Virus record (IMG/VR): IMGVR_UViG_3300042357_000538
Location: 1 to 62,295 of that record
Length of the DNA: 62,295 nucleotides
Source: a virus
Taxonomy: Duplodnaviria; Caudoviricetes
Direction: 5' to 3' (one strand)
The stretch's first letter is position 1. Each line of letters starts with the position of its first letter. The position numbers and the translations under genes were made by a program. Below, one piece after another: positions 43,427 to 52,507 of the stretch. The notes beneath the pieces were generated by a model. That model searched no databases. It saw only the letters and a list, made by a program, of their open reading frames with translations, and had not been told where the DNA came from.

Positions 43427-43761
43427 CACTCACCGACGAGCAGGTGCGGGCGCTGGCGGAGGAAGTCCACGACGTGGAGCAGACGTGGGAGGGGCACACG
43501 TTCCGCTTCATGTTCACCGGGCGTGAGCCGATCCGCCAGCATGTGCGGGCCGACGCGGTCAAGGCCCTCGCCACCGAAGTCCTCGCCAGCCGGGGGCGGC
43601 GGTGTGGGGCGTGTGTCTACTGGGAGGCCCACCCAGACTTGTGGGCACAAGACTCGGACGGCAATCACTTGGGAAACTGTGGCCGAGGAGTGGACGCAGA
43701 GAGTGGCTGCACGCGCCTGCGCTGGTCCTGCGCCGACTTCACCCCCAAGGGTGTGTCATAG
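43423..43761 (+). CDS. Hypothetical protein with CGACVYW...GNC...CADF
   Basis: ATGA coupling. Confidence 0.6.
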   Translation: MTLTDEQVRALAEEVHDVEQTWEGHTFRFMFTGREPIRQHVRADAVKALATEVLASRGRRCGACVYWEAHPDLWAQDSDGNHLGNCGRGVDAESGCTRLRWSCADFTPKGVS

Positions 43762-43794
43762 CCCTTGACAACGGGTAAGCAAGGGGCGTAAGGT
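43752..43794 (+). promoter_or_regulatory. Inverted TGTGTCATAG box plus TTGACA-N18-TAAGGT promoter
   Basis: Read directly. Confidence 0.65.
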
Positions 43795-43800
43795 GCAGAT

Positions 43801-44005
43801 GCTGGGGGCGCGATGGGGTGCGGCGCACCTGACCAGCACAGAGCCAACGCAGGACGTTCGGACAACGCACCCATCGGCGCCATCCCCTCGGCGCCACGCA
43901 GCGTAGGGCCCTGGACATGCCGGCGGATCGCACCTATGGGGGGTGCGCCCGCCGGTCCCAGGGGGTAGGGCAGGACAACAACGCGGGGCAGAGCGGCCCC
44001 ACTTG
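43801..44005 (+). ncRNA. Structured ~200-nt leader or ncRNA candidate
   Basis: Two long stems and a GAGC-loop hairpin between the promoter and the RBS. Confidence 0.4.
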
Positions 44006-44017
44006 GAGGAACCACAC

Positions 44018-44671
44018 ATGAGCAGCATCTTCGAGACGATCGCGAACTACAGCAACGACATCGAGGTGGACTACCGCGAGGAGACCTACGTCGAGCCCAA
44101 GGCGCCGGGCTTCAAGCTGATCCCCCCGGGCAACTACCGCATCAGCATCGCGGCCGCCGACGTGAACCAGCGGGTGCGGAACGGCGTCGGGGTCGAGTCC
44201 GAGGGCTGGCCGACCCTGGTGGTGGAGAAGTTCACCATCCTCGCGCCCGAGAACCTCGAGGGCCGCAAGGTCATCGCCTACGCCGACATCCGCACCAAGC
44301 CGTTCCCGCGTGACGGCTGTGCCGCCTCGGACCTGCTCGACTGGGTCCGCGCCTACGACGCCAGCGCCACCGGCCTCGGCTCGCGCAACGGCCAGCTCCA
44401 GGCGCTCGCCGGCTTCCTCCAGGACGAGGCGCCGCTGACGATCCGCCTCGACTGGGAGGCCTTCGACAAGAGCTACATCGACGAGGTGAAGCTCACGGGC
44501 ACGCCGACCAACGAGGACTACAAGAAGGCGCGCCTCCGCGGCACCAAGGGCTTCGACGAGTTCGGCCAGGGCGTCAGCCCGTACACCGGCAAGCCGCTCA
44601 AGGCGCAGTACCGCATCGCGCAGTTCTACTCCAGCCTCACCGCCAAGGACGTGAAGCTGGCCAAGCCCTAG
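44018..44671 (+). CDS. Putative ssDNA-binding protein (DUF669-like), 217 aa
   Basis: FKLIPPGNYRISIAAA...LEGRKV; GGAGGAACC RBS; near the Sak4-like gene. Confidence 0.55.
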   Translation: MSSIFETIANYSNDIEVDYREETYVEPKAPGFKLIPPGNYRISIAAADVNQRVRNGVGVESEGWPTLVVEKFTILAPENLEGRKVIAYADIRTKPFPRDGCAASDLLDWVRAYDASATGLGSRNGQLQALAGFLQDEAPLTIRLDWEAFDKSYIDEVKLTGTPTNEDYKKARLRGTKGFDEFGQGVSPYTGKPLKAQYRIAQFYSSLTAKDVKLAKP

Positions 44672-44852
44672 GTGTGTGTGGGCTCAGGCCCACACACCCG
44701 AGCCGCACCACGCAGGCGACCCCCAGGGGTCGCCTGTTCGCGTCTCTGGGGCCATGGATGAGGATAGGAAATCTCCGCCTATGGCACACGCGCTCCCGGG
44801 CGCGGGTGTGCGGTCGGCGAGACTGGGACGTTCATCACCAGGGAGGTGCATC

Positions 44853-45317
44853 ATGAGTGCAGTCCAAGAGTTCGAGAGTGCCCTGCGCGCGCTGCGCGTG
44901 CTGCGGGAACAGAAGCTCCAGGAGGTCGCGCAGCTCGACCTGAACATCAGCAACTTCGAGACCCTGCTGGCGACGTTGCCCGAGATGCAGGAGAAGCTCG
45001 CCGCCCTGGGCACGCCCACTGACCGGTACGTGGGGCTGAGTGTGCCCAAGGCCGCGGCCACGTTCCTGCGCGAGGTGAAGCAGGAGCCGGCCACCACCCG
45101 GGAAATCGGCGAGGCGCTGCTGCGGGGCGGGGTGAAGACGGGCTCGAAGAACTTCGAGGCCACCGTCTACACGCTGCTGCGGGAGAGCACGGCACCCCGC
45201 TTCCGGCGCACCCCCGACGGGCGTGGCTGGTGGCTCGACGGGGTGCCCCTGCCCACCGAGGCGTGGGGCCCCGAGGGGCAGACGCCCCCGCCCCCGAAGA
45301 CGCGCACCCGGAAGTAG
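44853..45317 (+). CDS. Coiled coil plus winged-HTH (HARE-HTH-like) DNA-binding protein; candidate regulator
   Basis: SVPKAAATFLRE...TTREIGEALLRGG...ATVYTLL...FRRTPDGRGWWL. Confidence 0.6.
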   Translation: MSAVQEFESALRALRVLREQKLQEVAQLDLNISNFETLLATLPEMQEKLAALGTPTDRYVGLSVPKAAATFLREVKQEPATTREIGEALLRGGVKTGSKNFEATVYTLLRESTAPRFRRTPDGRGWWLDGVPLPTEAWGPEGQTPPPPKTRTRK

Positions 45318-45320
45318 CCC

Positions 45321-46325
45321 ATGCCGACCCTGCTCCAGCGCCCCGGCTCCCCCTACTGGTACGTGCGCGTGCAGCGCAACGGGCGGGAGTTCTGGCGCTC
45401 GACCCGGGAGACCGGGAAGGCGCGCGCGGAAGCCCGCGCGCTGAAGCTCCTGCAGGCGATCCAGGACCAGGCCTATGGGGGCGCGCTGCCCGCGCCCGAC
45501 CCCTGGGTGGGGGTGTGGTGGACCGGGTACTGGGAGGCGCGCACCGGGAGCGTGGCCCGGAGCGCCGCCAGCAAGGGCGCCTACGTGGAGGCGCACCTCG
45601 GGAAGTGGCGCCTGCGACAGCTCCGCCCCTCCCACTTCACGGCCTACATCGCCGCCCGCCGCGCCGCCGGCGCGGCCGACTCGACCATCAGCCTGGAGGG
45701 CCGCCTCCTGCGCCTCTGCCTCCGCGCCGCCCAGGCCGAGGGCCTGCTCGAGCGCGACCCGACCAGGGGCGTGCAGTGGCCCACCATCGGGATCCGCGCC
45801 CGGGTGCTCACCGCCGAGGAGGAGGACGCGCTCTGCGCGGCCGCGCCCCCCTGGCTGGCGCGCTGGATCACGGTCTCCCTCGGCACCGGCCTGCGGGGGG
45901 CCGAGCTCCACGGGCTCACCGTCCCCGCCATCGCCTGGGACACGCCGAGCCTGGCCGTGCTGGGGAAGGGGCAGAAGCGCCGCGAGGTGCCGCTGTGGCC
46001 GAGCGCCCGCAGGGCGCTCCTCGCCCAGGTGGGGGAGCGCACCGCCGGTCGCGTGTGGCCCAGCGCCTCGAGCCCCACCCAGGCCGTGACCAGCACCAAC
46101 CACGCGATCCGCCGCGCCTGGCGCCGGGCCGGCTGCGCCGGCCCCAGCCCCACCACGCACACCTTCCGGCACACGTTCGCCACGCGCTTCCTCCAGCAGG
46201 GCGGGGACATCTACCTGCTCTCGAAGCTGCTGGGCCATGCCTCGGTCACGGTGACCGAGCGCGTGTACGCCCACCTGCTCGCCGCCGATCTGCTCCGGCG
46301 CGCGCTCCGGGTGCAGATGCCGTAG
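45321..46325 (+). CDS. int: Tyrosine recombinase/integrase
   Basis: TGLRGAEL (R), GKGQK (K), HTFRHTFAT (H-x-x-R), LLGHAS, TERVYAH (Y); N-terminal arm-binding-like segment. Confidence 0.92.
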   Translation: MPTLLQRPGSPYWYVRVQRNGREFWRSTRETGKARAEARALKLLQAIQDQAYGGALPAPDPWVGVWWTGYWEARTGSVARSAASKGAYVEAHLGKWRLRQLRPSHFTAYIAARRAAGAADSTISLEGRLLRLCLRAAQAEGLLERDPTRGVQWPTIGIRARVLTAEEEDALCAAAPPWLARWITVSLGTGLRGAELHGLTVPAIAWDTPSLAVLGKGQKRREVPLWPSARRALLAQVGERTAGRVWPSASSPTQAVTSTNHAIRRAWRRAGCAGPSPTTHTFRHTFATRFLQQGGDIYLLSKLLGHASVTVTERVYAHLLAADLLRRALRVQMP

Positions 46326-46327
46326 CA

Positions 46328-46350
46328 GTGGCGTGCTGAAAGCACGCCAC
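46328..46350. terminator. Hairpin GTGGCGTGCT-GAA-AGCACGCCAC after int
   Basis: Perfect 10-bp stem directly after the stop codon; no U-tract. Confidence 0.4.
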
Positions 46351-46432
46351 TCGCCCGTAATTGTTGCGCCTATTGCACATACCTGCGCGTAGCGCCGATA
46401 CCCGCAAGAACTTCAAGTACTCAGGCCTCTGA

Positions 46433-46512
46433 CTATGACACAGCGCGTAACCCCCGCGCGCGCAGAAACATGGCGGAAAGGCCTTGACGCTACCCCTGCC
46501 CACCCCTAGGAT
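46433..46512 (+). promoter_or_regulatory. CTATGACACA box plus TTGACG-N17-TAGGAT promoter; near-leaderless polymerase mRNA
   Basis: The -10 element ends 8 nt before ATG 46521. Confidence 0.6.
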
Positions 46513-46520
46513 AAGAGGGC

Positions 46521-49229
46521 ATGGGATTGAGTCTGGGGACGGAGCAGAAACCGGAGCAGCCCGAAGGCTCCGGCGCCAACGGGGTGGTGCTGTACTTCGC
46601 CAACGCCGCGGAGCAGCGCCACTGGATGGGCAACCGGTTGCTGAAGCGCGCCGGCCTGCAGCGCGAGGCCTTCCGCCTCGTGAACATGGAGGCCGTGGAC
46701 CCGCTCGCGCTGCCCGACTACGTGGTGCGGGAGCGGCTGAAGGTCGTGGTGCTGATGGGCGGGCAGCCGTTGCGCGCCATCCTCGGGCAGCCGCCCTCCG
46801 ATCTCCTGCGCTGGTTCCTGCGCGTGGTGCCGCTGGGCTGGGCCACCATCGTGCCCTGCCTGGCGCCCTCCATGCTGCTGCCCTTCACGGGCGCAGCCCA
46901 GGCGGCCGAGGACGACGACAGCGTCAACGACCTGCTGAACGAGGCCGAGGACCGCCTCCTCCACCCGCCCCGCTACACGATGGCGGCCATGCTCGCCCTG
47001 CGCCGGGCGGTCGATGTGGCGGCGGGGACGTTCGTGCCGGCCGACATCGAGGGGGAGCGGCGCTTCCTCAAGGATCCCCAGCCGGGGGCGTTCGCGCAGT
47101 GGGCGCAGCAGGCGCTGGCGAGCGTGGGCCCGCTGGCCTTCGACATCGAGACGAACTACCACCTGAAGCGGCAGGAGACGAGCGACTCGGACCTGGGCCT
47201 GAGCCAGGACAACCAGATCATCCGGATCTCCTTCGCCTACGCCGCCGGCCGCGCCGCGTCGGTGCCCTTCGAGGGCCAGTACCTGCCCGTGATCGGGGAG
47301 CTGCTCGCCAGCGCGTTGGAGAAGATCGGCTGGAACTCGTGGCAGTTCGACGCGCCCCTGCTCCGCGTCGCCGGCTACCCCGTAGACGGCGTGCATCACG
47401 ATGCCCAGGACGCCTGGCACTTGTTCCAGTCCGACCTGCCCAAGGGGCTCGAGAGCGTGAGCGCGCACTACACGCCGCGCCAGCGCCCCTGGAAGCACCT
47501 CGGGGCGGACCCCGACCAGGCCGCTGAGTACTCCTGCATCGACGCCGACATCACCTGGCGGATCTGGCAGGGCGTGTCCGCTGATCTCCAGCGGACAGGC
47601 CAGTGGGCCTTCTGGCTGGACCAGGTGCGGCTGATGCCCCTGCTGCGCGAGGCCGGGCGCCGGGGGATCTGCATCGACACCGAGAAGCAGGCGGAGCTGC
47701 GGGCGCGGTTCGAGGTCGAGTTGGCGAACGCGCTGCGGGACCTGCAGCCCCATGTGCCCCCGAGCCTGTTCCCCGACGATCTCCGGGCCCGCCCCACCGA
47801 GAAGGAGGGCTGGGCCTGGCTGCCCGTCGAGAGCACCACGAAGGTGCTCTCCTGCGTGGACTGCGGGAAGATCCGCGTGAACAAGAAGCACGCCTGCAAG
47901 GTGGCGCCGGGCGTGTGGAAGATGGGCCATGTGGAGTTGCCCTCCACGAAGTACCGCCCGACCCTCCTCTCGACCGCCGGCCCCGAGGCGATCCGTGAGT
48001 GGGTCCGGGACTGGGGCTTCAACCCGGGGAGCACCGAGCAGATGCGCGCCTACGCGGTGATGCGCGGGCACGAGCTCGGGTGGAATCCCAAGACGAAGAA
48101 GGACAGCCTCGACACCAAGCAGCTCGAGCGCCTGGCCCGGAACCACAAGGACCCGATCTACACCCAGGCGGTGCTGGCCAAGAAGATCGGCAAGGCCCTC
48201 TCCACCTACGTGGAGGCGATTGCCCCACGCCCCGATGGCCGCGTCGGCACCACCTACGTGAACGCGCCCTCGACCTGGCGGCTCGCCTCCCGCTACCCGA
48301 ACCTCCAGAACCAGCCGAAGCGGGGTGGCAACAAGTGGGCGAAGGAAGCCCGCAAGATGTTCGTGCCCAGCCCGGGGCATGTGTTCGTGCAGGCCGACTA
48401 CTCCGCGATCGAGGCGGTGCTCGTGGGCTGGTGCATGGGCGATGCGGCCTACATCGACCTGGCCAAGAAGAGCATCCACGCCTACGTCTGCGCGCTGGAG
48501 CTGGGCTGGGTCACGAGCCCGGCGCAGTTCACCTCCGACATGGGCGACCGGATCAAGGCCGAGCACAAGGACCTGTACGACCGCATCAAGACCGTCGTCC
48601 ACGGGAGCAACTACGGCATGTCCCCGTACCTGATGTGGAAGAGCATGGAGCTCATGTTCCCCACGCTCGCCCTGGCGCAGCAGTCGCAGAACGCGCTCTT
48701 CCGCGCGCTGCCGGGGCTGAAGCAGTGGCAGTTCGACGTGCGCGCGCGGGCCCAGCGCGAGGGGTATCTGCAGAACCCCTGGGGCGTGCGGCACTACTTC
48801 TTCGACGTGTTCACCTGGGCCTATGACGACGAGGGCAGGCTGCAGTACCTGCAGGATGGCAGCCCCAAGGTGAAGCCGGGCAAGGACAGCAAGCGCGCGA
48901 CCGCGTTCCTGCCCCAGAGCAGCGCCGGGTGCGTGATGCGCGACACCCTGCTGGCGGTGGGCGAGACCTGGCTCGGGGGCTACCTCCCCGCCGCGGTCTC
49001 GGTCCACGACTCGATCCTGCTGGACGTGCCGCGTGCGCTCGCCGAGCGCGCGGCCGCGGATCTCACGGCGATCATGACCCGGCCGCAGCCCCGCTTGAAT
49101 GGGCTGCAGATCGGGGTGGAGGTGGAACAGGGCGACAACTGGCTGGACATGGTGAGCATCGCCAAGGTGCCGATGCTCGACGGGAGCAATGGATTGGCGA
49201 CGAGCGCGCTCGCGCTCGTCGGGGCCTGA
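46521..49229 (+). CDS. polA: Family A DNA polymerase with a degenerate N-terminal UDG-like domain and a 3'-5' exonuclease
   Basis: AFDIET, GWNSWQFD, YSCIDAD; TWRLASRYPNLQN, ADYSAIE, KTVVHGSNYG, VHDS; N-terminal LLKRAGL...VVVLMG...CLAPSMLL. Confidence 0.92.
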   Translation: MGLSLGTEQKPEQPEGSGANGVVLYFANAAEQRHWMGNRLLKRAGLQREAFRLVNMEAVDPLALPDYVVRERLKVVVLMGGQPLRAILGQPPSDLLRWFLRVVPLGWATIVPCLAPSMLLPFTGAAQAAEDDDSVNDLLNEAEDRLLHPPRYTMAAMLALRRAVDVAAGTFVPADIEGERRFLKDPQPGAFAQWAQQALASVGPLAFDIETNYHLKRQETSDSDLGLSQDNQIIRISFAYAAGRAASVPFEGQYLPVIGELLASALEKIGWNSWQFDAPLLRVAGYPVDGVHHDAQDAWHLFQSDLPKGLESVSAHYTPRQRPWKHLGADPDQAAEYSCIDADITWRIWQGVSADLQRTGQWAFWLDQVRLMPLLREAGRRGICIDTEKQAELRARFEVELANALRDLQPHVPPSLFPDDLRARPTEKEGWAWLPVESTTKVLSCVDCGKIRVNKKHACKVAPGVWKMGHVELPSTKYRPTLLSTAGPEAIREWVRDWGFNPGSTEQMRAYAVMRGHELGWNPKTKKDSLDTKQLERLARNHKDPIYTQAVLAKKIGKALSTYVEAIAPRPDGRVGTTYVNAPSTWRLASRYPNLQNQPKRGGNKWAKEARKMFVPSPGHVFVQADYSAIEAVLVGWCMGDAAYIDLAKKSIHAYVCALELGWVTSPAQFTSDMGDRIKAEHKDLYDRIKTVVHGSNYGMSPYLMWKSMELMFPTLALAQQSQNALFRALPGLKQWQFDVRARAQREGYLQNPWGVRHYFFDVFTWAYDDEGRLQYLQDGSPKVKPGKDSKRATAFLPQSSAGCVMRDTLLAVGETWLGGYLPAAVSVHDSILLDVPRALAERAAADLTAIMTRPQPRLNGLQIGVEVEQGDNWLDMVSIAKVPMLDGSNGLATSALALVGA

Positions 49230-49252
49230 GCGGGCCCACACGGAGGAACCAC

Positions 49253-49969
49253 ATGGTGAGTGAGCACAACGACACCCAGCGGCTGCTCGACGCGCTGCTG
49301 GCGGACTTCGGGGACCTCGAGGCGCGCGTGCGCGCCCTGGAGGAGGCCGCCGGTGAGGCAGAGGAGGCGCAGGCGCCGCTCTTCCTCCTCGACCTGGACG
49401 GGGTCCTCGCGGACTTCAACCGGGACTACTACGCGTACCTGACGTGGAGCTACCCGCCCCCGCCGGGCGCCTTCGACCGCTGGCACTGGCCGCAGAAGTT
49501 CGTGAGCCAGGCGCTCATCGACGCGAAGTGGCCCGCGCTCGAGACGAGCGAGTTCTTCTGGGCGACGCTCCAGGCCTACCCCGAGGCCCAGGCCATCCTG
49601 CGGTTGACGCGCGAGGCGGCCGCGCGTGTGGGTGGGACGGTGGCGGTGCTGACCAGTCGCCCGGACACGCACGAGGTGCGGCGTGGGACGCAGACCTGGC
49701 TGCGGGAGACCTTCCCCAACTGGGCCCCCGAGACGTTCTTCGCCGAGGACAAGGCGGCGTGGTGTGGGGCGCACCCCGAGGCGGTCTTCCTCCTCGACGA
49801 CAAGCCCTCCCATGTACGGGCGGTGAACGCGCGCAGCCTGCGCTGCGCGGCCTACCTCTGGCGCCAGCCGTGGAACGAGGCGGACGCGGCCCAGGCCGAG
49901 GCGCGGGGGGTCGAGGAACTGCGCGGCGTGCTGGAGGATGTGACCACGCTGGTGGGGGTGGGCGCATGA
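49253..49969 (+). CDS. HAD-family 5'(3')-deoxyribonucleotidase (NT5C-like)
   Basis: LDLDGVLADF, LTSRP, K, LLDDKP, QPWN. Confidence 0.8.
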   Translation: MVSEHNDTQRLLDALLADFGDLEARVRALEEAAGEAEEAQAPLFLLDLDGVLADFNRDYYAYLTWSYPPPPGAFDRWHWPQKFVSQALIDAKWPALETSEFFWATLQAYPEAQAILRLTREAAARVGGTVAVLTSRPDTHEVRRGTQTWLRETFPNWAPETFFAEDKAAWCGAHPEAVFLLDDKPSHVRAVNARSLRCAAYLWRQPWNEADAAQAEARGVEELRGVLEDVTTLVGVGA

Positions 49970-50313
49970 CGCGCGAACGCTTGCACGAGCTCACGGCGCT
50001 GGTGCGCGCCGAGGCCGACCGGGTCACCGCGCCCAAGTCCCGGGAGTACACCCGGGGCAACGCGGACGCGCTGCACAACTTCAAGAGCATCGCGCTGCGC
50101 TTGGGCATGGAACCCCACCAGGTCCTGGCGGTGTACTTCTACAAGCACCTCGACGCGCTCTTCAGCATGGCCGATGGGAGCGCGGACTTCGCCGCGCTCT
50201 CGGAGAGCCCGGCCGGCCGCGCGGCCGACGCCCACAACTACCTGGACCTGCTCTTCGGCCTGATCGTGGAGCGCATGTCCGACACCCAGCAGACCGTCTG
50301 GGGGCTGCAGTGA
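49966..50313 (+). CDS. MazG-like / nucleotide-modification-associated (Nmad1/DUF1599-like) protein
   Basis: KSREY...DALHNF...KHLDAL...ES...ADAHNYL. Confidence 0.65.
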   Translation: MTRERLHELTALVRAEADRVTAPKSREYTRGNADALHNFKSIALRLGMEPHQVLAVYFYKHLDALFSMADGSADFAALSESPAGRAADAHNYLDLLFGLIVERMSDTQQTVWGLQ

Positions 50314-50702
50314 TCGAGACCAGTTGGCTCTGGGGGGCCGTGGTCGGCCTGCTGGTGACGCAGGCCCTGATGGGCGTGTGGATCTACACCAGCCTCGCCG
50401 TCCTTAGCGACGAGATCGCCAAGGTCGAGGCGCGCTTGGTCTGTGAACTCCGCAATGCCGATGCCCTGAGCGACAGTCGCAAGGACTACCTGGCCACGCG
50501 GTTGGACAAGGCGGCCAAGGTCGGGCAGCAGGACCGGGATGCCTTGCTGGCCCTCGCCTCCCAGACCCGGGAGTACGCGACCAAGCTCGAAGCCCTGGCT
50601 CAGGTCCAGGGCTACGTGTGGGCGGTGGGGACCACCACCGAGACCGTCCGCAAGTCGCACTGGCAGCCGGTGGCCCGGGTGGTCACGGAGGAGAAGCCGT
50701 GA
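50310..50702 (+). CDS. Membrane-anchored coiled-coil protein
   Basis: N-terminal TM segment. Confidence 0.6.
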   Translation: MIETSWLWGAVVGLLVTQALMGVWIYTSLAVLSDEIAKVEARLVCELRNADALSDSRKDYLATRLDKAAKVGQQDRDALLALASQTREYATKLEALAQVQGYVWAVGTTTETVRKSHWQPVARVVTEEKP

Positions 50703-51022
50703 GCGTCTCGTCGGCCTTCCTCAAGGCCGTGGAGCACGAGCTGGCCAGCAGCCAGGCAGAGCTGCGCGCGGCCGCCCAGCGCATGATGTGGGCCATCCCC
50801 GCGGGGATGACGGCCACATCGGCGGCCGGCGTGCTGAAGGAGGCGTACCTCCCGTCGCTGGCCGGGTCGATCGTCCGGTGCCCCCCGGGCATGACCCCGA
50901 TGCCGATCTACCAGCGCGCGCCGACGCGGCGCGCGTGCGCCTACTGCGGGAGCGACAAGGACGCGCTCCAGTGCGACGGCTGCGGGGCCCGCGTGGACGG
51001 GAGGGCGCGGCTGGTTGTGTAA
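50699..51022 (+). CDS. Hypothetical protein with a C-terminal zinc ribbon (CAYCG...CDGCGA)
   Basis: GTGA coupling. Confidence 0.55.
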   Translation: MSVSSAFLKAVEHELASSQAELRAAAQRMMWAIPAGMTATSAAGVLKEAYLPSLAGSIVRCPPGMTPMPIYQRAPTRRACAYCGSDKDALQCDGCGARVDGRARLVV

Positions 51023-51160
51023 CGGGCAGCGGTTCCCGCTGGTGTGCCTCGACTTCGACTGCCCGGCGTGTCACCCGCCTATCCTCATCATGGCCCCGGA
51101 GGGTGCGCGGGTGGCTACGACCGCGGAGATACTGGCGGCGCTCGCACGCCGGCCGTAGGG

Positions 51161-51199
51161 AAACGAAAGGGGCCTGGCAATCGCCAGGCCCGTGTCGTT
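51161..51199. terminator. Hairpin at the convergence of the two gene blocks
   Basis: GGGCCTGGC-AATC-GCCAGGCCC with an A-rich 5' flank (U-rich on the minus strand). Confidence 0.6.
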
Positions 51200-51489
51200 C
51201 ACGCCGCCTTCTTCCGCCGTTTCGGCGGAGGGGGTGCCCCCACCAGGGGCACCACCGAGACCACCATGCCTCGGGGGATGAAGCCCCGCGCGCGCCAGGT
51301 GAAGGTGCCGTCGTGCTGGTCGATGCGCTCCTGGAACATCGTCACGCCCACATCGTCATCGCGCGTGACCCAGCCGAGGGTCTCGACCACGAGGGGGCTG
51401 TGCTCGGCCTGGGCGAGCTCCCAGACGGTCTGTGTCGCGTCACCGTGGGCGTCGTGCCAGGTGACCAGGGCGAGGAAGGGGGCGGGCAT
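51199..51489 (-). CDS. Conserved phage protein (V-x-W-x-DA...T-x-GW...IP-x-GMV)
   Basis: Motif recognisable; downstream of the phosphoesterase. Confidence 0.7.
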   Translation of the reverse strand: MPAPFLALVTWHDAHGDATQTVWELAQAEHSPLVVETLGWVTRDDDVGVTMFQERIDQHDGTFTWRARGFIPRGMVVSVVPLVGAPPPPKRRKKAA

Positions 51490-51498
51490 GGGCGGGGG

Positions 51499-51687
51499 TT
51501 ACTCCTCGCCCTCGTCAGACGAGGGCGGGCGGAAGCCGATGGGGTGACGCCAGGGCACGTCGAGGACTTCGGACCCATCGGGGAGGTAGAGGAGGATGGT
51601 GGGCTCGTCGGGCTCGGCTTCATGGAGCATGGGGGAGGCGACCTCCCCCATCTCCAGCCCCTCCACCATGTGGTCGATGTAGATCAT
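51499..51687 (-). CDS. Small acidic protein
   Basis: MIYIDHM...LYLPDGS...PIGF. Confidence 0.55.
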   Translation of the reverse strand: MIYIDHMVEGLEMGEVASPMLHEAEPDEPTILLYLPDGSEVLDVPWRHPIGFRPPSSDEGEE

Positions 51688-51710
51688 GGCGCGCGGGCTG
51701 CGCCCCCGCG

Positions 51711-52466
51711 CTACACGCTGAACTTCTCGCCGTGGACCATGCATGTGAGGGACTTGCCGACCTCGAGGAGCGGGATGGGGGTGAGCTGGACGAAGCCCGT
51801 CTTCGGGTCCAGGGTGCCGAGGCCGAAGCCGAGCGCCCAGTCCCGCGTGACCTTGCCCTTGTGCATGTAGTCGATCGCGGTGCGGTCGCCCAGCCAGCCG
51901 AAGCTGGCCGCGATCTTGGGCTCGCCGAGGAGGTTGCTCTCCACCACCGCGCTGATCCGGTGGGTGTGGCCGGTGACGACCGAGTGCTGCAGCGCATCCA
52001 GCGTGCGGTGGGCGGCATACCGGCCGGCGTAGCCCACGTCGTGGGTAAGGACGAGCTTGCCGAGGGTGGTGTGCGTGCGGTAGGGGGTGTAGCTCCAGCC
52101 CCGGGCCTTGAGCCCGAGCACCTGGGGGATGGAGACCAGGCCCTCGAACATCGGGGCCTTGTCGGCGATGAAGCGCTGGAGCCGGAACTCGTGGTTCCCC
52201 TCGATGAAGTACTTCTTGCCCTTGGTCTTCAGGGCATCGAAGTGGTCGAGGATCCCCTCGGTGTAGCCCACCTCCCAGGCCAGGTCGGCCTTGCGGGAGG
52301 GGTCCTTCGAGTGCGCGCTCACGGAGTAGCAGTCCATGAGGTCGCCGAGGCAGACGAGGTGATGGGGCTGGATGGCCTTGGCTACGTCCAGGACCAGGCG
52401 CAGCGCGCGCTTGTCCTCGAACGGGGCATGGACATCACCGAAGAAGAGGATGGATTCGAGGGCCAT
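51711..52466 (-). CDS. Calcineurin-like metallophosphoesterase
   Basis: GDVH, GDLMD, GNHE, H, GHTH motifs; leaderless after TTGACC-N17-TATGGT (52472-52500). Confidence 0.88.
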   Translation of the reverse strand: MALESILFFGDVHAPFEDKRALRLVLDVAKAIQPHHLVCLGDLMDCYSVSAHSKDPSRKADLAWEVGYTEGILDHFDALKTKGKKYFIEGNHEFRLQRFIADKAPMFEGLVSIPQVLGLKARGWSYTPYRTHTTLGKLVLTHDVGYAGRYAAHRTLDALQHSVVTGHTHRISAVVESNLLGEPKIAASFGWLGDRTAIDYMHKGKVTRDWALGFGLGTLDPKTGFVQLTPIPLLEVGKSLTCMVHGEKFSV

Positions 52467-52507
52467 ACCTGACCATACCCCTGATAGGGGTATGGGTCAA
52501 GGCTGGG

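Noticed and set aside
46328-46430. Hairpin followed by CGTAA after int, resembling the start of a fifth twister
   Set aside because: No P4/L4 (T-NNN-AA-NN) and no GCAGAG; the fold cannot be completed
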